A DNA stretch of 64,000 bases from Clostridia bacterium. Lineage in GTDB: Bacteria > Bacillota > Clostridia > Oscillospirales > Acutalibacteraceae. Of this stretch, positions 56,537 to 64,000 are shown piece by piece. The translations under genes and the position numbers were made by a program. How positions within the stretch are numbered: position 1 is the first letter of the stretch; the number at the start of each line of letters is the position of its first letter. The notes under the pieces are model-generated. The model did no database searches, had not been told where the DNA came from, and saw nothing but the letters and a program-made list of their open reading frames with translations. The stretch spans positions 60,108 to 124,107 of the forward strand of contig JAFXFF010000044.1 in assembly GCA_017520705.1 (NCBI GenBank), given 5' to 3'.

Positions 56537-58432
56537 TTATTTCCGTTTGTTTTTTCGAAGAACCAGCAGAAGGATAACTAACGCAAGAATCACTGTCACC
56601 GCAACAGCTACCGCAACCACCATACCGGTACGGTCGTTCCCCCGATTCGTCCCGCCAACCTCTTTCTCAGTTGTTTCGAGAGGGGGGGACATAGCGATTG
56701 CGTCGGTTTGAGTGGGTATCATTTCGCCCTCTGTTACCGTAGAAGAAGGCACAGATACGGTCGTCGAAATCGTCGTAGAGAACTTAGCCGTCGTAGTGGT
56801 AGTCGTGGATTTGATGGTAGACTGTTTAGAAGCGGTCGGTTTCGCAGCGCGGTAGTTATACGTCCAATCGGCTTCCAGAAAAGACTCATTATTCTTCGTA
56901 AACGCAAAGATATCTTTTCGTTGCGTTTGGCTACCCGCATAGTACACCTTTGCCAGCGCGGTACACCCCTCAAACACACCCGCATACAAAAGGCGAAGAG
57001 AAGCAGGAATCACAATCGACGTCATGCGAATACAACCGGAAAAAGCGCCTTCGCTGATCGCATCTACCCCATCCGGGACAACGACTTGCGTCAGCGAGGT
57101 ACAGTCCTGAAATAAATTGCCGGCAATGGATGTGAGTCGATCACTTAAGGTAACTTGATTCAATTGCGTGCACCCTTTAAAACAGGAGGAGCCGATAGAG
57201 GTAACGCTGTTGGGGATGGTGATTGAAGCGAGTGCGGCGCAGTTGGCAAAAGCCTCGGTTCCAATGCTTGTGACACCATCGGGAATGATGACCGAGGTGA
57301 GCCCGGAACAATTCACAAACGTTCTCCACGCGATAGTGGTAACCTTCCTCGGGATGGTAACGGAGGCGAGCGAAGTACAATTGGCAAAAGCCCCCTCATA
57401 GATGGTGGTGACGCTGTCCGGGATACTCAGCGAAGTCAAAGCGGAACAACCGGAAAAGGCGGCGCTACCAATATCGGTGACGCCCTCGCTAATGGCAACA
57501 TCGGACAAAGAGGCACACCCCATAAAGCAACGAGAACCAATACAGACAACGCTACCGGGAATCGTCACCGAGGTCAGAGAAGAACAATCCTGAAACGCTC
57601 TGTCCCCTATATAGGTAACACCTTTGCCAAACACGACCGAAGACAACCGTCCACATTCCAAAAAAGATTCATCTCCGACTCGACTCACACTGTCAGGAAA
57701 CGTGACAGAGGACAAAGACGCACAACCCAGAAACGCTTCGTCCGTTATGGTGGTAACCCCCTCCCCGATGGTGACGGAGGTCAGCGCTTTACAACGTGAA
57801 AACGTCAACCAACCGATGGTTTTCACACTGCCGGGGATAGTAACCGAGGTCAACCCATCACGACCCTGGAACGCCCTCTCCGCAATGGATAGCGTACCCT
57901 CTTTGATGTTGACAGCTCCGGAGACGGAGGTCGCTACAGAAATCAAGTGGCGTCCCATATACACAACATCCTCGCCGTAATTCTCCACATAGGCGGTTTT
58001 GCCAAATGCGTCGCGCCCAATGGTTATGGCGTGGTCGGGAAGGGTGATAGAGGCCAAATTGCTACAGCCGATGAAGGCGCCCTCTCCAATGGCGGTGACA
58101 CTATCAGGGATGGTAATTGAGGTCAGGCCGGTACAACCAATAAACGTGTTGCTGGTAATGGTGGTAACGGTGTTGGGGATGGTGATCGAAGTGATTTCGG
58201 TTTGACCATAAAAGGCTTGATTACAAATCTCGGTGACCGGATAGCCTTCGATGGTAGCAGGAATGACCACATCACCGGACATACCATCCTTACAGCCTCG
58301 AATCGACACCTGCTCCTGGTAAATGATATAGCTTAGTCCTTGAGGGGTTACATCCACGGCAAAAACGCTTACGGGAAACAGGGTCAGCGCAAACAATAAC
58401 GTCAAAAATACAGACGCATACTTTTTCTTCAT
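56537..58432 (-). CDS. BspA-type leucine-rich repeat (LRR_5) surface protein with C-terminal TM anchor
   Basis: About 17 repeats of …LTSVTIP.SV..IG..AF..C..L…; Thr-rich stalk; TM + RKNKRK. Confidence 0.75.
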   Translation of the reverse strand: MKKKYASVFLTLLFALTLFPVSVFAVDVTPQGLSYIIYQEQVSIRGCKDGMSGDVVIPATIEGYPVTEICNQAFYGQTEITSITIPNTVTTITSNTFIGCTGLTSITIPDSVTAIGEGAFIGCSNLASITLPDHAITIGRDAFGKTAYVENYGEDVVYMGRHLISVATSVSGAVNIKEGTLSIAERAFQGRDGLTSVTIPGSVKTIGWLTFSRCKALTSVTIGEGVTTITDEAFLGCASLSSVTFPDSVSRVGDESFLECGRLSSVVFGKGVTYIGDRAFQDCSSLTSVTIPGSVVCIGSRCFMGCASLSDVAISEGVTDIGSAAFSGCSALTSLSIPDSVTTIYEGAFANCTSLASVTIPRKVTTIAWRTFVNCSGLTSVIIPDGVTSIGTEAFANCAALASITIPNSVTSIGSSCFKGCTQLNQVTLSDRLTSIAGNLFQDCTSLTQVVVPDGVDAISEGAFSGCIRMTSIVIPASLRLLYAGVFEGCTALAKVYYAGSQTQRKDIFAFTKNNESFLEADWTYNYRAAKPTASKQSTIKSTTTTTTAKFSTTISTTVSVPSSTVTEGEMIPTQTDAIAMSPPLETTEKEVGGTNRGNDRTGMVVAVAVAVTVILALVILLLVLRKNKRK

Positions 58433-58465
58433 CTTATATCCTCCTAAAGCCGCCAAAAAACCGGG

Positions 58466-61400
58466 TTATCCTTCTGCGGCGGCGGTGATGACGCGCTGTA
58501 CCAAATCAGACTCCTCTTGTGTCAGCCAAATCAGTTTGCCGTCATCCCGCAGAAGCGCAGTGTGATCCGAAGTGACGTAATACGTGTGTTTCCCCAGATT
58601 GATCGCTCCCTCAAACAGAAAAGCGCGATTGACAGAGGTGGCATCTACCCACCGGTTCTCTTTATCCCACTGCTCCCACAACAGCCACAGTTCCTCCATA
58701 TCCTCATCATCTCGAAGGAATTTGCGCCATCTCTCAACCGCTTTGTCGGGATACTCGGTAAGCTGATTAAAGACGGCGGCATAGTAATTCTCGGGAATGG
58801 TTGCCCTCACGTACGATTCCATATGAGTGACAAACACCAAATCCACCTTTGCGATGCCCGAAAATAACCACCAGTTGGCGATACCGGTATCCCCTACAGC
58901 GGGGGTATATACATCCAAGCCCACACGAAGCTTTGAGTCTTCGTAAGTGTAAGAAACCACGTACGGGGTGTCGGAACCGCTAACGGTCGTGTAACAGGTT
59001 AGAAGAACCGCATTATCTGCGAAGAATGCATCGTTAAAGCAGTCGAAATCGCTGATCTTCCACCGCTCTGCCGTTCCCGCTTTTTGATAGTACGTGAGGA
59101 ACTCCACCAATGCGGCGCGATTATTGAACCGCTTGATCGACGCAGTTCCAAAAATCATCTCCCGCTCTTCTTCGCTGATGCCCGTCTCCACCGTATGGGT
59201 GATCCCCACGTCCACAGTGTGGGTGTACAAGATGAAAGAACTGCCGTCTGCTCCTACCAAAAGCATCCGATTGGCACCGGTGGTCGTATTCTTCTGATAT
59301 ACGCAGGCCATATTGCCCAAGAGGTTGATCTCCGGTCGCAAAGAGGTATAATCATACGTCGTTCCCATCACGTAGGGAATGGGAACACCGATGGCCTTAC
59401 CCTTATAATCCGTAAACATTAAGGAGGCGCCGCTGCCGTGATTATCCGTGACCAATCGCACCGTGTAATCGTTCAACCGCTCTCCGGGCGAGCCCGAAGA
59501 GAGGATTTCCTCACCGGTTTGGATATTGTAGAATCGGTGTTGTTTATAGACGTATGCGCTGAAATAATCGTTGTGAAGAGAGTTATCCTCCGCCGAGGAA
59601 TACCATTCCAACTCCCAACCCAAATCCACTTCTTCCATCTTAGGGGAATCCGTACGATAATCGACGGTATACGTTCCGGTGAACGTTTGGTAAGTGAGAT
59701 CGTTGGAACTGGAGGGGATATCGGAGCCGGTATAGCCATAGCTTTCCATCTTCAGATAGCATTTCCCTCGGTTAAAACCATATATCGTGATATAGGCTCC
59801 GCCACCGACGGTGCCCATAGTCAATTGCTGACGCTGACTGCCATCCGTTCGGTATATAAACAACTTTTCTCTATTTACAGACATATGCTTTTTCACGCTG
59901 AAGATCCATGCGCCCGCAATATCGAAAGATAACACGTCGTCGTCGCCGTCTATCAAACGGACATCACTGCCATCGTCACGGCAGGAATACAGATTGTGTC
60001 CCTTCAAGTAAAAAATTCTGCCATCCTTTACCCGCAAATTGGAACAGCCCAAAAAGTCCGTAATCTTTTTTAGGGCATTGGGAGCAGACGGGTCCTTAAC
60101 GGTCAAATCTCGACGATACAAGACCTTTTCGTTGGGCTGTACAAAATAGTAATAATTCCCGTCCACACAGGTGGCAATATCCGTTGAGGGCGCCGTTAAC
60201 GAAGGAGTAGACGGCTTCGTGGTGGGGGTGGTGGGCTTGGTGGTGCCGGTGGTGGGATCGGAGGGCTCGTCGTCGGGGCCGCCCATCAGATCCGCATCCG
60301 CCCACTTTCGATCGATGGCGTAAATGGCGGTGCCGTCATACCAACCGTCGTAATAGATCGTGGCGGAATAGCCCACAGCCGGAGCACTGCCCGGAAGCAA
60401 AATGCCGGTGTACACCTTCACCCGCGGACCCAATTTCGAGTCGCTATCGGTGACTTCCAGCACGAGATAGCCGCCTTCTTTGCTCCACTCCACCACCGTG
60501 CCGGTGACCGAGGCGGCGATGGCGTCCTCGCCGGGGTTGCCCTCGCACAGATAGTAATCCAACTGTTCGCTCTCTTCGGCGGTCAGATCGGCGATCTGCT
60601 CGCCATTGTAGAGCTGCTTTTTGTCGGGACTGAGGTAATAGTTCTTTGCGCCGTCGAAGGAGAAATTGGCGATGGCGGCAAAACCGGTATCCACCCCACC
60701 TTCTGCGCTATACCATTCCAGACCCTCCACCAAAGGCAGTAGGGTTTCACGGCTATCCTCGGAGAGGCTGTAATAACCGATGAATGCAACGTCCTCGTCA
60801 CCACCTACGGTGATGGGGTGGCTGTAAGTTGCCCAGTAATTTTCCGTGGGGATGCGATAACGAATCACCGCACGATAGGCGGTGGCGCCCTTGATCTCGG
60901 CGAGAGGCACCTCCGCCAGCATAAACCAATGACCGGTGGCAAAATCCACGTGGGAGGGTTCGTAAACGTCCACCTGAACGGTGACCAACTCGGTGCCGTT
61001 GTACATCACGGCGGCAATCTTAGGCTTCAACGAACCGCTGCTGTCCCGATGATATACGGCAAGCAACATCCTATCTGTAAAGAAAGCGTCGTCGTAACCG
61101 CTCACCAGTTCGGCCTTGCTCTCGATAATGTAATCGTCAAGAAATGCATCCAGCTCAGCTCGGGAAGTAATGGGGATAATGGGGCGGTCTTTATCGCTGT
61201 AATTACCGGTGCGATATTGGTACTGATTATACAACGTATTGCGCTGTTCCTCCGTCATCTGCACCTGCCCTGCGGCAAAGGTAACGGGAGCCGTAAAAGA
61301 CACGGCGTGAATTTTGTCCTTGCGCTCAAACACAGCGCCGTCTTTCAGCGTATAGTCGCCAAAGGACATCTGCTCATAGCTCATCAGAGAGCCACCTTTA

Positions 61401-62758
61401 CCGATACGTAAGGTCAGGCCGGTCAGATCGCCGTCAAACAACAAGGTCATGGCGTCGTCAGGGAAGGTCATGGTGACGGTATCCTCCCCCATCTCATAGG
61501 TGCCCTCCAACAGCATGGCGGAGGACAACGCGCTGTTGGTATAAGTACAACGGTTACCGCCGATCTCCAACGTTACCTGTGCGTAGGGCTGCTGGACATG
61601 GGTAAACACCGCATACTGCGGCTCGGCGTCGGGATCGTCATCCGTATCGGTGACGGCGGGTTTATCCGTATCATCCGACTTAGGGTCGGTGAGCAGGCAG
61701 ACGCCGGCCACGGTGGACACCAGCAGAGCGGCGACGATGATCCAGATGGTGGGTTTCTTATAAGACAGTACCGACTTGACGCGGCTCTTGACTGACGTCT
61801 CGCCAAAGGCGAGAGGACAGGCGGACACCAGGCGGCGGGGGGCACTGCAGGCCAGCAGCGCCTCGGAATACGCCTTGCGGTCGGCGGCGGGCATATCCCG
61901 CACCACCCGCTCGTCGCAGGCGGCCTCGATATCGCGGCAAAGGAAGATATAGGCCACCCACATCAAAGGGTTAAACCAATACACCGTCAGCAGCACAAAG
62001 CCCAGAGGCTTCCACCAATGGTCGCGGCGGTGGAGGTGGGCCTGCTCATGGGCCACCACGCTGGCTCGGGCGGTGGCATTTAAGTCAGAGGGCAGGTAGA
62101 TGCGAGGGCGGAACACACCCAGGATAAAGGGGCTGCGCAGATGATCGCACTGCCACAGATTATCCGACAGATGAGCCGCCTCCCCCACCTGACGGCGCAA
62201 GCGGAGGGTGGTGAACACGGCATAGGCCGCCAGCAGCACGATACCCGCCAGCCACACGTAGGTGGCGACGGTGAGAGCAATCTGCCACGGGTCAACGCTT
62301 GCCTCGGTGGTAGCGGTAGATACCGACGCATCGGGGGTGGGGGTCACCACGGGAGCATCCGCCACGGGAGGCGTCACCACGGGGGTATCCGTCGCGGGAG
62401 GTATCACCACGGGAGGTGTCACCACGGGGGTGTCCGTCACGGGAGGCGTCACCACGGGGGTGTCCGTCACGGGAGGCGTCACCACTGGGGTATCGGGGGC
62501 GCTATTCTCAACGGGCGGCGTATCGGGAGCGGGAGCCGGCGCCGGAACGGACACCGCGGGGGTGTCGGGCATCAGGCTCAGGCTGCTCTCGATGGTGAAG
62601 GGGCACAGCAGACGCACCGCCACCAGCGCCCACAAAAGAACGTGGATCCAACGGGGTGCCTTATGAAACACCAAACGGAGCAGCAACACAGCCACCACCA
62701 GGATACCGGCGGTGAGGCTCATATTCAGCAAATGCAGAAAGACGTTCTCCATAATCAC
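58466..62758 (-). CDS. M56-family (BlaR1/MecR1-like) signal-transducing metalloprotease fused to a ~1000-aa uncharacterised extracellular region
   Basis: BlaR1-type N-terminus; HEQAHLHRRD zinc motif; P/T/V-rich 10-aa repeat insert between TM1 and TM2 (30-bp DNA tandem repeats ~62300-62520); large C-terminal ectodomain without PBP motifs. Start overlaps the blaI stop. Confidence 0.75.
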   Translation of the reverse strand: MIMENVFLHLLNMSLTAGILVVAVLLLRLVFHKAPRWIHVLLWALVAVRLLCPFTIESSLSLMPDTPAVSVPAPAPAPDTPPVENSAPDTPVVTPPVTDTPVVTPPVTDTPVVTPPVVIPPATDTPVVTPPVADAPVVTPTPDASVSTATTEASVDPWQIALTVATYVWLAGIVLLAAYAVFTTLRLRRQVGEAAHLSDNLWQCDHLRSPFILGVFRPRIYLPSDLNATARASVVAHEQAHLHRRDHWWKPLGFVLLTVYWFNPLMWVAYIFLCRDIEAACDERVVRDMPAADRKAYSEALLACSAPRRLVSACPLAFGETSVKSRVKSVLSYKKPTIWIIVAALLVSTVAGVCLLTDPKSDDTDKPAVTDTDDDPDAEPQYAVFTHVQQPYAQVTLEIGGNRCTYTNSALSSAMLLEGTYEMGEDTVTMTFPDDAMTLLFDGDLTGLTLRIGKGGSLMSYEQMSFGDYTLKDGAVFERKDKIHAVSFTAPVTFAAGQVQMTEEQRNTLYNQYQYRTGNYSDKDRPIIPITSRAELDAFLDDYIIESKAELVSGYDDAFFTDRMLLAVYHRDSSGSLKPKIAAVMYNGTELVTVQVDVYEPSHVDFATGHWFMLAEVPLAEIKGATAYRAVIRYRIPTENYWATYSHPITVGGDEDVAFIGYYSLSEDSRETLLPLVEGLEWYSAEGGVDTGFAAIANFSFDGAKNYYLSPDKKQLYNGEQIADLTAEESEQLDYYLCEGNPGEDAIAASVTGTVVEWSKEGGYLVLEVTDSDSKLGPRVKVYTGILLPGSAPAVGYSATIYYDGWYDGTAIYAIDRKWADADLMGGPDDEPSDPTTGTTKPTTPTTKPSTPSLTAPSTDIATCVDGNYYYFVQPNEKVLYRRDLTVKDPSAPNALKKITDFLGCSNLRVKDGRIFYLKGHNLYSCRDDGSDVRLIDGDDDVLSFDIAGAWIFSVKKHMSVNREKLFIYRTDGSQRQQLTMGTVGGGAYITIYGFNRGKCYLKMESYGYTGSDIPSSSNDLTYQTFTGTYTVDYRTDSPKMEEVDLGWELEWYSSAEDNSLHNDYFSAYVYKQHRFYNIQTGEEILSSGSPGERLNDYTVRLVTDNHGSGASLMFTDYKGKAIGVPIPYVMGTTYDYTSLRPEINLLGNMACVYQKNTTTGANRMLLVGADGSSFILYTHTVDVGITHTVETGISEEEREMIFGTASIKRFNNRAALVEFLTYYQKAGTAERWKISDFDCFNDAFFADNAVLLTCYTTVSGSDTPYVVSYTYEDSKLRVGLDVYTPAVGDTGIANWWLFSGIAKVDLVFVTHMESYVRATIPENYYAAVFNQLTEYPDKAVERWRKFLRDDEDMEELWLLWEQWDKENRWVDATSVNRAFLFEGAINLGKHTYYVTSDHTALLRDDGKLIWLTQEESDLVQRVITAAAEG

Positions 62759-63108
62759 ACCTCCTCGATGAGGCGGCGAATCTCTGCCACCTCGTCCTCG
62801 GTCAGGGGTTTACAGGCGGCAAAGGCCGCCAAAAAGGCGGGCAACGAGCCGCCGAAGGATTCCTCCACGAACTGCTGGCTGCGGCGGGCGTAAAACTCGT
62901 CGCGGGAGATGAGTGCGGTCACCTGTCCCCCTTCGTTGCGGAACAGGCCACGGTCCGACAGCCGCTTCAGCACGGTATAGGTGGTGGTGCGCTTCCATTC
63001 CAGCTCGGCCTCGCACAGCTGCACCAAGCGCTGGGTGGAAAGGGGCTGGTTGGCCCAGATGATGTCCGCAAAGCGGGACTCCACCACGCCTAAGCTCAAT
63101 TCGTTCAT
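62755..63108 (-). CDS. blaI: BlaI/MecI/CopY family transcriptional repressor
   Basis: MNELSLGVVESRFADIIWANQPLSTQRLVQL…TTYTVLKRLSDRG winged helix. Confidence 0.85.
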   Translation of the reverse strand: MNELSLGVVESRFADIIWANQPLSTQRLVQLCEAELEWKRTTTYTVLKRLSDRGLFRNEGGQVTALISRDEFYARRSQQFVEESFGGSLPAFLAAFAACKPLTEDEVAEIRRLIEEV

Positions 63109-63252
63109 ATAAAGCACCTCTCTCTCGTCATGTCTACACCTTGTCGACAATTTAAGTCTACACGACGTAGACAAATTTGTCAAGGGGGTTGCGGAAATTT
63201 TTTGAAAAAGATAAAAAAGCCGAGCAACGGCAAGCGTTGCTCGGCTTTTCGA

Positions 63253-64000
63253 TTAAGGCTTGGTGATGGTAACAGCGGTGATACGAGGCGGCAGTGAGGG
63301 CATCACCATGTCCTCGTAGGTGACTACGTATTCCTCCCCTACCAGAGGGTCCAGCTCGATATCCCCCAGATTGACCCACACGCCCTGAATAAACTGATCC
63401 ACATCGTAGCTCTCCATCAGCATAGAGCGGCCCTCCACCCGTGTTACCTTACCGGTGAAGGAAAGTTCGGTGTCCTTATGGATGACAGAAGCATCGGAGG
63501 TTTTCTCCACATAGGATTCCAACACGGTGACACCCTCCATATCCGACTTGGCAATGCCGGAGAAGAGCAGCCACTGGGTAAGGACGGTATCGCCCGACGC
63601 AGACGCATCCACGCCCAGGCGCACCGAGAGGCAGGTGCCCTCCTCGGTATAGACGTAGGACGCCACCTGAGGCGCGGGCAGGTCGATGCCGGCCTTATAA
63701 TAAGTCATAATAAGCGAATTCTTCTCGAAGAAGGCCTCGTCAAACTGCGTGAAGGTAGCCTGCTTCAGATCGGTCCAGGGGGAATCCATCATATGCTGGG
63801 ACAAAAGCACGTCCAGCTGAGGACGGGAAGTGAACACCTTGACCGGCAGGTAGTAGGGCTTGTCCGAGGCAGTGGCGTCGGTGGTGTCGGACGAGTTGTT
63901 GGGCACGTAGCCGAACATCTTGCGAATCTCGTCCTCGCTCATCCAGTTGTAGCTCTTAATGGTAAGCGTATCCCCCACCAAAGCCGTCGCGCCGCGGACA
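63253..64000 (-). CDS. Partial gene (N-terminus outside window) encoding a domain paralogous to part of the M56 protein's ectodomain
   Basis: …DEAFFEKNSLIMTYYK…TQWLLFSGIAKSDMEGVTVLESYV… versus …DAFFADNAVLLTCYTT…ANWWLFSGIAKVDLVFVTHMESYV… in the 58466..62758 product. Reading frame stays open to the window edge. Confidence 0.45.
   Translation of the reverse strand, partial: VRGATALVGDTLTIKSYNWMSEDEIRKMFGYVPNNSSDTTDATASDKPYYLPVKVFTSRPQLDVLLSQHMMDSPWTDLKQATFTQFDEAFFEKNSLIMTYYKAGIDLPAPQVASYVYTEEGTCLSVRLGVDASASGDTVLTQWLLFSGIAKSDMEGVTVLESYVEKTSDASVIHKDTELSFTGKVTRVEGRSMLMESYDVDQFIQGVWVNLGDIELDPLVGEEYVVTYEDMVMPSLPPRITAVTITKP

Noticed and set aside
1-64000. Global reassignment of TAG to a sense codon as explanation for the two internal TAGs
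   Set aside because: TAG functions as the real terminator of the ECF sigma gene at 34936-34938 (followed immediately by the overlapping anti-sigma start) and ends the pilus tip gene (17507-17509). Most genes end in TAA or TGA, but TAG is clearly not abolished.

Overview
High-GC (~60%) chromosomal segment from a spore-forming Clostridia-type Firmicute, recognised from spoIIGA-sigE, a GerA-family gene, rex, lexA and a type-2 ileS. The genome is densely packed; roughly 60 genes can be supported. Housekeeping genes: pgeF, prfB (no programmed frameshift), ileS with a candidate T-box leader, trmK, lexA with an SOS box, rex, galK with an AraC regulator, tlyA, and spoIIGA-sigE. Notable accessory content: (i) a sortase-dependent pilus island at 12.5-21.5 kb: signal peptidase I, a giant LPATG tip adhesin with CHAP-like, fibro-slime/PA14-like and CnaB domains, an E-box major pilin, a class C sortase, a basal pilin, and a catalytically degenerate sortase paralog. 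(ii) Two tandem surface metallophosphoesterase paralogs next to ASCH and PadR-DUF1700-DUF4097 genes. (iii) Three ECF sigma/anti-sigma modules, two of them a recent tandem duplication. (iv) A BlaI/M56 (BlaR1-like) pair in which the M56 protein carries a ~1000-aa uncharacterised extracellular region, next to a BspA-type LRR surface protein. (v) A flotillin operon (DUF1836-nfeD-floT). (vi) GH78 rhamnosidase, an EF-G paralog and a Na/Pi cotransporter. Most striking: two long conserved genes (essential ileS and the pilus tip adhesin) each carry an in-frame TAG codon across which homology continues seamlessly, although TAG is used as a normal terminator elsewhere in the window. The window also holds a family of at least 7 mosaic palindromic intergenic repeat elements (BIME/REP-like), a 6 x 21-bp iteron-like array next to a tRNA-Leu gene, and a cluster of GGGGTGCA heptamers. 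Coordinates follow the supplied ORF track; many long antisense or alternative-frame ORFs are GC-driven artefacts.
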